Positions 20,398-29,839 of a DNA stretch of 64,000 nucleotides are shown here, piece by piece. This DNA comes from a virus, in the IMG/VR virus record IMGVR_UViG_3300014911_000002, positions 25,380 through 89,379 of that record. One strand, 5' to 3'. Below the pieces are notes generated by a model, which was not told the origin of the DNA, ran no database searches, and saw nothing but the letters and a program-made list of their open reading frames with translations. Numbering within the stretch: the stretch's first letter is position 1; every line of letters starts with the position of its first letter. The translations under genes and the position numbers were made by a program.

Positions 20398-21019
20398 TAA
20401 ATATCCTCCAAATATTTTTCGCTAGCTTTTTACCAAAACCCTTAACTCGCATGATATCTTCAACACTAGCATTTGCAATAGATTTTAGCGTCCCAAACTC
20501 ATCTAAAAGCATCTTTGCTCGTTTTATAGACATCCCTTCTATACAGGCAAGCATATTTTCTTTTCGTTCTTCTAATGTTACGGCCTTCCTCTGTACGAGC
20601 GTTGGTTTTGAAGAGGTTGCTTCAGCCGTTGATTTATTGTGAAGAAGGACAAGTACCTCAACAAATTCGTCTACACCTGATACAGTTATGACTGGAATAC
20701 CAAATTTATATGCTATTGTGGCAAGAGCACCAAAATATGATTTGTGAGCATATTTAGAATCACTAAAATAAAGAGTCTTCCATTTGTTTGGTTCTTCTAT
20801 TATTAAGATGGGGTGCTCATACTGACTTAAATTAGATAGCTGATACCATATTCTTCCGTTTTGTATTGACTGAACGAAATCGCTTGACTTCCGTTCGACT
20901 GCAATTCCATCGGGAAGAAGATAGTCGCCAACAGGCAATTGCCTACGCTGAACTTCTATTCCTCTAAGCATTAATAAATCTATTATTTCTTGTGGCTCTC
21001 TGGTGTCTGCAATTATCAT
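20390..21019 (-). CDS. ERCC4/XPF-family structure-specific nuclease with HhH
   Basis: ADTRE, GDY, VERKS, IIEE; C-terminal VKGFGKK HhH. Confidence 0.9.
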   Translation of the reverse strand: MIIADTREPQEIIDLLMLRGIEVQRRQLPVGDYLLPDGIAVERKSSDFVQSIQNGRIWYQLSNLSQYEHPILIIEEPNKWKTLYFSDSKYAHKSYFGALATIAYKFGIPVITVSGVDEFVEVLVLLHNKSTAEATSSKPTLVQRKAVTLEERKENMLACIEGMSIKRAKMLLDEFGTLKSIANASVEDIMRVKGFGKKLAKNIWRIFNE

Positions 21020-21127
21020 AAGGCTTGAAATATAAATGCGAAAAATAAAAGCATACAAAGAAATACCGAACTTATTACATACGACGAAACTATGCAGAGA
21101 CCGATAATTCCGAGAAGGAATAAAATT

Positions 21128-22183
21128 TTATTCATCGACAAACCCCAAATCCAAAGCCAATCTAACTGGATATTTTGCCCAATCTGTTTTCACATCTGGT
21201 CTTCGTACAAGCTGAACTCGCCTTGCTTCATCACCGAATTTTTCTTTGGCTTTTTTATCTGGCGGAAGAATTTGCAAAATATATTTCGAATGATAGATTA
21301 TGGCATCTCCACCGTATGGTCTCCCCAAGTCCCGCATGTTTGTTGGGTCTATCGACACATGATGAGTTATTACTGTGCATAGATTATATACCTTTGAGAG
21401 CTTTAGAAGTCTCCCATAAATTCTGTTGACTATTGAAGACCTTGCTGGTAGATTGAAGGTTTCATGTCCTATGCTTTCTTTCAAAGGAGTGGTCAAAGAA
21501 TCTATTGCGAGGAAAGTTGCATTTTCCAATTGTTTCCTAATGGGCATATCCTTCATTGGAAAGAATCTTACGGAATATTTCCCAGCCTTTTCAGAAAGTT
21601 CAAGTTGAACGTTATATCCGAAGAGTTTACACAATGCTTCAAGGGATTCCATAACTGGGTCATCCATCGTAGATATAAATATAAAGTGCTTTTTTATATC
21701 TTCATCCGAAACCTCATAGCGTTTTGCCAATTTATATGCTATTGACATAATATCTTTTCGCCTATTGCCTTCGGTATCGATGTATATAGAGTCCATGCCA
21801 GTCTTTTTGATATTTGCAACTGCAAGCATAACTGATAACCAAGTCTTACCAACCGATGGTAGCCCAGTGATTGCCGTTGGTATGCCGTAAGGGAAGCCAC
21901 CACCCATAAGCTCATCTATGGTAAGGCAACCTGTACGCAAATTTTCTAACTTATCACGCATATTTTTCAACCTCTCAAAATCAATATTGTTGAGAGCAAA
22001 CATAATGTGCTTACATGCAGACTTTTTAAATGTAAAGTATGGACATGAACACCAAGCATCTGCATATTCTCCATCAATGGAAACAACATACTCACGTCCA
22101 GAATCTGATTTTATAAGCAGGACTGCTATACCATTCAGACCATAAACTTTTTCCAGAATTTTCATAATATCGAATATTATCAC
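21128..22183 (-). CDS. SWIM zinc finger fused to RadA/RadB-like recombinase
   Basis: CSCPYF...CKHI SWIM; LRTGCLTIDELMGGG, GLPSVGKT Walker A, YIDTEG, AIDSL Walker B, PYGG. Confidence 0.85.
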   Translation of the reverse strand: MIIFDIMKILEKVYGLNGIAVLLIKSDSGREYVVSIDGEYADAWCSCPYFTFKKSACKHIMFALNNIDFERLKNMRDKLENLRTGCLTIDELMGGGFPYGIPTAITGLPSVGKTWLSVMLAVANIKKTGMDSIYIDTEGNRRKDIMSIAYKLAKRYEVSDEDIKKHFIFISTMDDPVMESLEALCKLFGYNVQLELSEKAGKYSVRFFPMKDMPIRKQLENATFLAIDSLTTPLKESIGHETFNLPARSSIVNRIYGRLLKLSKVYNLCTVITHHVSIDPTNMRDLGRPYGGDAIIYHSKYILQILPPDKKAKEKFGDEARRVQLVRRPDVKTDWAKYPVRLALDLGFVDE

Positions 22184-22204
22184 CTATTGGTATCTATTTC
22201 GAGA

Positions 22205-22435
22205 TTACCTAAGATATCGATATCTATATCTATGAAGGACATTTAGTGTCTTGTCTTCTTCTGCATCGCCTAGAACTTCGATTACTGAGATGTTATCTGT
22301 TAGATACCAACTTCCATTAATCTTTACATATTTCTTACTTGGCGAAATTTCTTCGATTACACCTTCTTGTATCGTAGAATATGGAAACTCTCTATAGAGA
22401 AATCGTTTACCAACCAACTCATCAGTTATCTCCAT
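22205..22435 (-). CDS. Hypothetical (SH3-like) protein
   Basis: 76 aa, GAGGT RBS. Confidence 0.5.
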   Translation of the reverse strand: MEITDELVGKRFLYREFPYSTIQEGVIEEISPSKKYVKINGSWYLTDNISVIEVLGDAEEDKTLNVLHRYRYRYLR

Positions 22436-22616
22436 TTACCTCCCCTTCCAAATCACCTTTCCGCCTAAACTTTCAATAACGCTTATACAATCATGCAGCA
22501 GTGAAGATGCTATCTTCTTTGATGCTTGCTTATCTTTTACACCCATCTTCTTCCTTAACATTTCGCTTGCTTTCTCCAATACTTTATCAGGTATCTCATT
22601 CATATTCTCACCGATT

Positions 22617-23516
22617 TCAGAGTATTGAAGAGATGGTGTTCAGAAAATCTTTTCCTAATTTTGTAGTTTTACCGCCCATATATCCAGCATGACCATCTAT
22701 TTCCATGAACGGGAAGATATTCAGTAGTTCTTTATAATAGTCAGCAAGGTCGCCTCTTATTGAGAGTTTTCCGTTCTTTTGGTTTACTGCAAGTATTGTT
22801 TTACCAGATGCGGAATTAAGAACACTAGCAATGTATCCAGTTAATCTAGCATCTGAAGTAAATAGAACAACAGTTATGTTTTCGAATTCGAGAACATCTG
22901 CATTTTTTAAAGCATTCTCAAATTCAAAATGCAAATCTTCTTTCGCTTTTACAGCTTCATTCGACATATAAATATCAAATGGCGTTTTCGATTCTGTTAT
23001 TAGTTTTAGAGCCTCATCATATTTATGAAGTCTCAGCAGAGCATTGATATATGATGAAAGAACTTTATACATCGGGATAGTATTTACCGACCATTTACCA
23101 TAAGACTGATATATCTTTGTATTGACACGTTTTAAAAGAGAAGGAAAGTCTCTGAATATCTCTGGTGGTATTAATTCTGGCTGTCCATCACCAACTAACC
23201 CAATGACAAGCTTCCAGCGTTCATTTTTCGGTATTTCGTCCAAAAACTGTCTATAAGCTATAAGAGATGCTGGCACATTATCCCAAATTAGCATATATTT
23301 TCTATTTGTTGGATGGTTTGGATGATGGTCTATCACCAATCCCTCAATAGACGGATTTAATGGTTTCATATCTGTCATTATGTCATCTTTTTGCCACTCT
23401 GGTGCATCGCCAAATTCTTCTGTTATCTTGATTCTTACGGCATCCTTTACATGAAAGGATGTGAAGTATGCTGAAGTTACTCCATCTGCATCGTGATGAC
23501 ACCAAATTGTCTTCAT
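22617..23516 (-). CDS. DHH-family phosphoesterase (RecJ/GAN-like exonuclease)
   Basis: HHDADG, TD, IDHH, GD, SIRG..DGH..MGG. Confidence 0.85.
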   Translation of the reverse strand: MKTIWCHHDADGVTSAYFTSFHVKDAVRIKITEEFGDAPEWQKDDIMTDMKPLNPSIEGLVIDHHPNHPTNRKYMLIWDNVPASLIAYRQFLDEIPKNERWKLVIGLVGDGQPELIPPEIFRDFPSLLKRVNTKIYQSYGKWSVNTIPMYKVLSSYINALLRLHKYDEALKLITESKTPFDIYMSNEAVKAKEDLHFEFENALKNADVLEFENITVVLFTSDARLTGYIASVLNSASGKTILAVNQKNGKLSIRGDLADYYKELLNIFPFMEIDGHAGYMGGKTTKLGKDFLNTISSIL

Positions 23517-24109
23517 AGTATAAATACCTTACCGCCTTCTATTTTAATTATTCCTTTCTTTTCCAACTCTGGAAGTATGGCGTCAACCAAATCAGCTCTT
23601 ATCGATGCCCTTATAGATATGACTTTCTTCAGGTCATTCGGATTTATTCCATCATTAACCAGTTCTGGCGTAAGTTCTTTGAATTTCTTTAGAGCATCTA
23701 TCACTTTATCCAAATCTATTTGAGGAGCAGATTCTCCGCTTGCTCCACCTAGATATTTTATATTGTATCGGAAGTTATCAAGGAATTCTATTTCCCATTT
23801 AGTGCCAGATATAGAATTTGGAGTTAAATTGTGTTGTTTTAGTGTTTTGAGGAATTCTCTCAAGAATGGATTTCTTCTTGAACCGAAAGAATATACCTTC
23901 GGTTCGCCATCAACTTTTGCTTTGGCTTCATATTTATCCCAGTCATTATTCCAGACATTCCCTAGAAAATCTACATCGCCTTTCTCAACCTTATAGATAT
24001 TTGTTTCAAATTCTACTGTCTTTTTTCCGTCTGCTGGTGTTTGAATAAAATATTTTGTCTGGCTCTTTAATATTTCATTCACATCTTCTGGAGTTATTTC
24101 TCTACCCAT
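23513..24109 (-). CDS. Putative ssDNA-binding protein (beta-rich domain plus C-terminal wHTH)
   Basis: Aromatic beta-rich N-domain, GGASG linker, wHTH-like LEKKGIIKIEGG; next to exonuclease and recombinase. Confidence 0.4.
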   Translation of the reverse strand: MGREITPEDVNEILKSQTKYFIQTPADGKKTVEFETNIYKVEKGDVDFLGNVWNNDWDKYEAKAKVDGEPKVYSFGSRRNPFLREFLKTLKQHNLTPNSISGTKWEIEFLDNFRYNIKYLGGASGESAPQIDLDKVIDALKKFKELTPELVNDGINPNDLKKVISIRASIRADLVDAILPELEKKGIIKIEGGKVFIL

Positions 24110-24579
24110 ATCTTATCACCCCTCTTTTTAGGCATATCCTTCCAATGATATTCCTCACAGAAGGACTTTATATCTTTAAATAGAGTTTCCACACGCTTTT
24201 TATCACAATAGAAAGCGTCAATCACACCACTAAAATCTACTTTTCTATTATCATGGTCTAATACCTCCATAACCACAGCAACGGCTAGTTCTTCGTTAGA
24301 ATAATGTGAATGCTTATCTTTCCACTCACCTATATCGTAAAGTTTGTCAATAATTGCTAGAGCCTCACGCCTATAATATATGTGTTTTGAGTATCCCAGC
24401 TTTGACAAAACATCCTTTGCAAGCAACTTTACATCTGTAGAGTGAGACCATTCATCTATATCCTCATCACGCTTAACAGACAATCGTTTCTTAAGTTCAC
24501 GCCTTAATTCTTTAAGAAACAACTTATACCGTCTTATGAGGAATCTTATCTCTTCTTCAGTTAAATCTTCGAATGTCAT
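24094..24579 (-). CDS. Possible TFB/cyclin-fold protein
   Basis: VLSKLG...ALAIIDKL...SNEELAVAVV...VDFSGVIDAF...VETLFKDI follows the TFIIB cyclin-repeat pattern. Confidence 0.4.
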   Translation of the reverse strand: MTFEDLTEEEIRFLIRRYKLFLKELRRELKKRLSVKRDEDIDEWSHSTDVKLLAKDVLSKLGYSKHIYYRREALAIIDKLYDIGEWKDKHSHYSNEELAVAVVMEVLDHDNRKVDFSGVIDAFYCDKKRVETLFKDIKSFCEEYHWKDMPKKRGDKIWVEK

Positions 24580-24935
24580 TTTGGCATCTCTTCAATCTCC
24601 TTATAGGAAACATCAGAATCACTTACAAGAATGGCAAAGCGTTTTTTTCGACCTAGTGGATATTCGATAATTATGTCATCGTAAGAAGGTGTGAAATAGA
24701 TGTCGGGCTCTATTAGATTTCCATGATGAAGTCTATGAAAATATTCTTCCTTTATCATGTTATATCGTTGTTTCATCTTTTGTATCTCAAGTTCGGATAC
24801 ATCTTTCTCCTTCTTTATCTCTTCCAAATCCTTCCTGTATTTCTGTATTAAGAATGCCAGAGATGATATACTCATATCAGCCAAGAGTGTATCAAACGAG
24901 TATTGACTTTTCCTTCCTTTAGTCACACACATCAC
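24576..24935 (-). CDS. Hypothetical protein
   Basis: 119 aa in coupled operon. Confidence 0.55.
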   Translation of the reverse strand: MMCVTKGRKSQYSFDTLLADMSISSLAFLIQKYRKDLEEIKKEKDVSELEIQKMKQRYNMIKEEYFHRLHHGNLIEPDIYFTPSYDDIIIEYPLGRKKRFAILVSDSDVSYKEIEEMPK

Positions 24936-25038
24936 CGCCTACCAAGACAACCGATTAGGTCGCCTTTGCCCAGTCTCTTCCTCCATTTAGTATATATAAA
25001 GGAAAGAAAACTATAAATAGTTTTTGGTTTGGTTTCGA

Positions 25039-25533
25039 CTACAAAACATTTCCTAAAAACAATATTGAATATCCATAATTTGAAATATATAAATCTGAAA
25101 CCACAAATGGTTGGGTTACGATTAGAAAAGGCTTCTTTTGAAGCCAAAACCCATCTTCTTCTCGCAATCTTGCGCTCCATAATATAGTCTCTAAAACTAT
25201 TCCATCAGGAGTCATTACAAAGTAGCTTCCCAACCTATCCATCACTATATCTATGTTCAGTTTGTTCAATATAATCTGAAATATAGTAATAAGCGATTCT
25301 TTAATCTCCTCAAAATCTGAATAAATGATAAGTGTATCATCCTTATCTATCGTTCCCACATCGATTTTCGGTTCGAGATAGATAGTCGCATATACATCGT
25401 TATAGCCTCGCCCAATAATTAATCGTGACTCTAATATCAAACCACTCTCTTCCTTTGAAAGTTTTATATATTCGGGACAGCCAAATACTGAATAAATTGC
25501 TCTTTTCATGATATCAACCCAAAAAGATAACAT
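25039..25533 (-). CDS. Hypothetical protein
   Basis: ORF in operon. Confidence 0.5.
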   Translation of the reverse strand: MLSFWVDIMKRAIYSVFGCPEYIKLSKEESGLILESRLIIGRGYNDVYATIYLEPKIDVGTIDKDDTLIIYSDFEEIKESLITIFQIILNKLNIDIVMDRLGSYFVMTPDGIVLETILWSARLREEDGFWLQKKPFLIVTQPFVVSDLYISNYGYSILFLGNVL

Positions 25534-25969
25534 TTATATTTTCTGCTTTGTTGCCTCTTTGCTGTGCTATAAATTTAATTGGCATAGAATAATTACCGAA
25601 GTTTGAAAAAGCTACTCCAAGCACAAGTGGTAATGCAAGAACACCATTCTCTTGCGATGAGCTTAAAATATGAACATGTTCTCGTTTGAAAAGCTTTATA
25701 TCCCTAACTATAACATCAAACCTTAAGGCACATTTAATCCCAACAATCCGCATCAATTTTTTAATATCTATATCCCGCACCCAAACTATCTCAAGGGGCT
25801 TATCACCCTCCAACGAACGCTTTGCAAACTCTCTATCGTATAAATAAATCCATTCGCCTTTAGGTTGAGATATGAAAAGAATGTTATTCGAAAGACCCAA
25901 CCGTGTCCTGATTTCTTTCCCAGCACAATAAACAGTTATATCCTTTTTCCAATATACATCCTCTGTCAT
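25514..25969 (-). CDS. Hypothetical protein
   Basis: 151 aa, ATGA coupling. Confidence 0.55.
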   Translation of the reverse strand: MTEDVYWKKDITVYCAGKEIRTRLGLSNNILFISQPKGEWIYLYDREFAKRSLEGDKPLEIVWVRDIDIKKLMRIVGIKCALRFDVIVRDIKLFKREHVHILSSSQENGVLALPLVLGVAFSNFGNYSMPIKFIAQQRGNKAENINVIFLG

Positions 25970-26574
25970 ACTATCTCCCTAAAATATTTTGAAGAATTCT
26001 CTTTTATTGGAAACGGGACGAATGATTTCCGAAGTGGCAGACCGTAAGAGTATTCTATTTGATATAATCCGATACCTTCAAGAGCTAATCCATTTAAATT
26101 CGAGGAATGTTCATCTATGACATCTATGACAGCAAAGAAACGAAATATATAAGTCAATAAGAGATTTGTTACTATTCTCCGAAGACCATCCCTTTCTTCT
26201 ACAAGGGAGATGCTACTCGATTCTTTTGAATAAATTTCCCCATCTGGTATAACGAAATGAACTGGGATATTTATTGAAGCTTTTGGTTGCAAATAAAAAT
26301 TAAAGAGTTTTAAAGAATCAGCTAAAACATCTTTCCTAGTTGGAGGTTTTATATTAGATAGGAAGGTTGAAGGAACAGACACGTAAGGTTCACCTAAACT
26401 ATCTTGGAATCCTAAATCAATTCGTGATAAATGAACCAAGCCTCCATTCTTCTTTCGTTCTATTACATCAAGGCGTCGTTCAAGGAAACCCGTAATGTCT
26501 CTTTTGTTTAAATTATATTTGAACTCTTTATCAAGAAGGATAATACGTTTGCTCCTAAATTGTCTCCAGAACAT
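25966..26574 (-). CDS. Hypothetical protein
   Basis: 202 aa in operon. Confidence 0.55.
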   Translation of the reverse strand: MFWRQFRSKRIILLDKEFKYNLNKRDITGFLERRLDVIERKKNGGLVHLSRIDLGFQDSLGEPYVSVPSTFLSNIKPPTRKDVLADSLKLFNFYLQPKASINIPVHFVIPDGEIYSKESSSISLVEERDGLRRIVTNLLLTYIFRFFAVIDVIDEHSSNLNGLALEGIGLYQIEYSYGLPLRKSFVPFPIKENSSKYFREIV

Positions 26575-26575
26575 A

Positions 26576-26809
26576 CTATCCCCGAATCAACGATTCTATA
26601 TATTCTTTTTTATGTTTAAGCTTTCCATAATCGATGATAAGAACATTTTCCTTTCCATATTTCTCAATAAAATCTTCAAGGAAACGAGGATGACCGTCAA
26701 TTTCTTTTGATAAAATATTATTTCCTTCTCGCAATCCAATATCATAATAGTATTTACCCTCTGGAATCACAAAAATCTTCAATCTCATCATCATGTCATC
26801 CCACCTCAA
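26576..26809 (-). CDS. Hypothetical protein
   Basis: 77 aa in operon. Confidence 0.5.
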   Translation of the reverse strand: MRWDDMMMRLKIFVIPEGKYYYDIGLREGNNILSKEIDGHPRFLEDFIEKYGKENVLIIDYGKLKHKKEYIESLIRG

Positions 26810-27309
26810 GGTTCTGGAATTCCTATCATCCGTTTAACCTCTTCAATTTCTGTCTCATCCAAAAATAACTCTAAAATTTCTTGCAATATGCTATTTTCGT
26901 GTGTCTCTTCTTTTTCCGCTTTAATGCCTTCAAGTAGGCGTTTAACCTTCGCTGGGGTCAAATATTTTTCTCCGAACTTCTTTATGTGCTTTGGGGCAAA
27001 TAGTTTAGACGAAAAATTGGGGCATCTTCTTCCATCGCAATAATAAACTATTAGCTTTTTCCCATTCTTCAAATCAAAGACATCATATAGTTTTGGGCAA
27101 TTATGGATGCTCTTTGCTGTGCAAAACGGATTCATTCGTATCGGGAGAGAACAGTGTCTTGCTGAACAACCGAGTAAGCTTCCAACGCAATAATCTTTAA
27201 ATGAACAATCATCTTTATCTATAATAACCCCAAACTTATATCCCATTTCATCATCTCCCTTCAGAATTGGCAACCCTGAATTCTTCCAATAGAGGCACGG
27301 AAATGGCAT
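26806..27309 (-). CDS. Cys-rich hypothetical protein
   Basis: Multiple Cys; likely start at MGYKF. Confidence 0.5.
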   Translation of the reverse strand: MPFPCLYWKNSGLPILKGDDEMGYKFGVIIDKDDCSFKDYCVGSLLGCSARHCSLPIRMNPFCTAKSIHNCPKLYDVFDLKNGKKLIVYYCDGRRCPNFSSKLFAPKHIKKFGEKYLTPAKVKRLLEGIKAEKEETHENSILQEILELFLDETEIEEVKRMIGIPEP

Positions 27310-27877
27310 CTAATGTCAGATTGTCATCTGTGAAGACATCTTCTGGTTTGCATTTATAAATTTTCTCGAAGGTTTTTCTTAAGAAGGATTCCAGCTTTTT
27401 AATATCTTTTACAGAAGCCAGAGCATCTATAATATAATAGCCATCATCAAGATTCCAATCTCTTAAAAATCTAATCACTAATGAAGACTCTGGATTTGCC
27501 CTAACATCCATTTTCTTATTAAGTCTTACTCGTCTCAGTAATTGAATATCCCGAGTTATAAAGGAATCTGCGATTGAAATATCAATTTGATTCTCTAAAA
27601 GGTAAATGAAGCCTAAAACATCAAGAATTCTTCCAGTTACATAAACATAAAGCATGTTATTCTCAAACGACGTTTTAACCTTTAGATTGGTGAGAATCTC
27701 ATAGTATCGTGTCAGTTTCAGCACTTGTTCATTATGACCTATAAATATTGTCATAACGGTGATTTCCTTCTGCAAATCAAAATTCAGATGATTCAAACGT
27801 TCTAATGTATGTTCGAGTGGGGTATTATCCAACCACACCTTTCTTTTATTTTGCAGAAATAACATTTCAATCACCAA
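27251..27877 (-). CDS. Hypothetical protein
   Basis: 208 aa, directly downstream of the amidotransferase. Confidence 0.55.
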   Translation of the reverse strand: MVIEMLFLQNKRKVWLDNTPLEHTLERLNHLNFDLQKEITVMTIFIGHNEQVLKLTRYYEILTNLKVKTSFENNMLYVYVTGRILDVLGFIYLLENQIDISIADSFITRDIQLLRRVRLNKKMDVRANPESSLVIRFLRDWNLDDGYYIIDALASVKDIKKLESFLRKTFEKIYKCKPEDVFTDDNLTLDAISVPLLEEFRVANSEGR

Positions 27878-28857
27878 TATGACGTTATTTTAGAGTTAGA
27901 CGTAATCCTCTTCTTTCTAGGGTCTTTAAGACCGTGAATTATTGCACATTCGAAACACTTCTTCTTTGAATCGTCATCATCCCAAAGAGCAAATTTTTCT
28001 TTGCCACAAATACTACAGCGAGAATAATCATCGTATTCATCGGAAGAAAAGATTTTGTAAATTTCATACACTTCATTTGTATAATTTTCGCAGGGAATTG
28101 CTTCAGAAACCTTATGGATGCCTTCAGATACTAATCCAATGAACTTTGGCTTGAGTTTATCTATAACCGTCTTATTAAGTTCTGAAACGAGGAATTTACC
28201 GAGCTTCGATTCTATATACCAAAGCCGTCTCGATTCCGTTCTGAATATTCTAATTTGAGAACCGCATACTTCTAATATAACACCAAAATCTAGAGTCAGG
28301 AAGCGTTTTAATGAATCCTTTTTCTTTTCAAGTAACATAAGTGCATTTGCAAGAACTTCTGTATCCGTTTCAGACTTAAACTTTACACCAAAGTATTCAG
28401 ACATAAACAGCCGAAGCGGAGCTATATCTTCTACTGTGCCATTATGAAAATAGAGTCGTTTGTTTAGTATTATTGGATGAATGTTTCTTATATCCACGCT
28501 TCCAACGGATGCTCCTCTATGATGAAGAATTGCAAAATGATATTTCCTCTCCATTATTGGCTTTACAAATCGTTTGAATGTTTCGTTCTTCTCCTTATAA
28601 AGGCGTTCATCAAAACCTAAATAAGAGACCGCACCAACTTTTATTCTTGAAATAGCTCGCTCTTTGAGAAGCTCTTTCTTTGCTAATTCTTCGAGTTTAA
28701 ATGGAAGACGCCGAATTAGAGTTCTATTCATCTTTTCATCGAAATACACGAATCCTACTCCATCATCTCCCCTATGCTTATTAGATAATGCAATTTCAAA
28801 TAAAGTCTCTCCCTGCACTCCAGCATTTGATTCCAATACCGCAACTATTCCGCACAT
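27871..28857 (-). CDS. Class II (Ntn) glutamine amidotransferase with C-terminal Zn finger
   Basis: Start MCGI (Cys1 nucleophile), HRGDDG, HHRGAS, HPI, HNG, ETDTE; CSIC...CFEC. Confidence 0.88.
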   Translation of the reverse strand: MCGIVAVLESNAGVQGETLFEIALSNKHRGDDGVGFVYFDEKMNRTLIRRLPFKLEELAKKELLKERAISRIKVGAVSYLGFDERLYKEKNETFKRFVKPIMERKYHFAILHHRGASVGSVDIRNIHPIILNKRLYFHNGTVEDIAPLRLFMSEYFGVKFKSETDTEVLANALMLLEKKKDSLKRFLTLDFGVILEVCGSQIRIFRTESRRLWYIESKLGKFLVSELNKTVIDKLKPKFIGLVSEGIHKVSEAIPCENYTNEVYEIYKIFSSDEYDDYSRCSICGKEKFALWDDDDSKKKCFECAIIHGLKDPRKKRITSNSKITSYW

Positions 28858-28858
28858 T

Positions 28859-29839
28859 TTAATCCCATCCACCTTTTAATGCTAATGCAAGAAATCCATT
28901 TATGTTTGAAGATAAGCCCAATCTTTCTCTATATTCAAATTGAGTTTCTTTCGGGAAGTTGATACCGAAATATTCTGCAATCATTTCGCAAATATCCGAA
29001 TTTAATCTCGCATTGAGAATTTTGTTAACACCATATCGCTGGTGCTCAACCAATAATCTTGTGAGATTTACAGCATCATAAGCCTTCTTCTTATCTGTTT
29101 CTATCAATCTTACAAATGGGTTATCATCCTTAATGTGAGATGCCACATTATAGGTTGCCTCAACTATGAATCTGAAGTGAGAAAACAAAGATGGTGTATC
29201 AAATATCCTTATTTCTATAGTCGCTGGTCTTTTTAATCGTTCTCGTGTATCTTCTGCCTGTGGTCTTCTATAAGCTATGTCGGCATATTTATTTCCGCCT
29301 CTTATAAAATTCTGAAATTCCAGATAAGGCTTGCCTATATGGCGAGAATCCAGTAACCTTTTTGACCCATGAATCAAGTCTATTTCAAAATTCTTTGTAT
29401 GGTCTGCTATTGATAATGCAAATGGGTAAATGCCCATAGCTCTTCTCCAATATTCTTGTTCCGTTGCTTTTGGATATGAAACATGAATATGCAATCCGCA
29501 GAACACTTGCCCATCTCTCAATATAGAAGTGGCAGGAATTACAGCTATGCCTTGCTTAATGAAAACAGACCTAGCCTGTTTATAAAGTTGCTTTACTTCT
29601 TCTATCGCATCTTCAGGATTATCAAACGGTCTGCTCCTTATCTCAAGTTGATATGGATAATAGTCTTTCCAGACTTGTCTCGGGAGATATTCTTCAAGGA
29701 TTGCCATTACCTTCTCGTTGCTATCCACAAGGTGTTTAGATTGCAAATCAAAAAGAGTTAATTCAAGCTCCACCCCGATAGTTGTTTTTCTCCCTTTCCG
29801 CTCAAACCAATCTGAAAAATTTATTTCACGCATTTTCAA
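28859..29839 (-). CDS. GCS2-family carboxylate-amine (glutamate-cysteine-like) ligase
   Basis: TIGVELEL, QLEIRS, CGLHIHVS, TIEIRIFD. Confidence 0.85.
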   Translation of the reverse strand: MKMREINFSDWFERKGRKTTIGVELELTLFDLQSKHLVDSNEKVMAILEEYLPRQVWKDYYPYQLEIRSRPFDNPEDAIEEVKQLYKQARSVFIKQGIAVIPATSILRDGQVFCGLHIHVSYPKATEQEYWRRAMGIYPFALSIADHTKNFEIDLIHGSKRLLDSRHIGKPYLEFQNFIRGGNKYADIAYRRPQAEDTRERLKRPATIEIRIFDTPSLFSHFRFIVEATYNVASHIKDDNPFVRLIETDKKKAYDAVNLTRLLVEHQRYGVNKILNARLNSDICEMIAEYFGINFPKETQFEYRERLGLSSNINGFLALALKGGWD

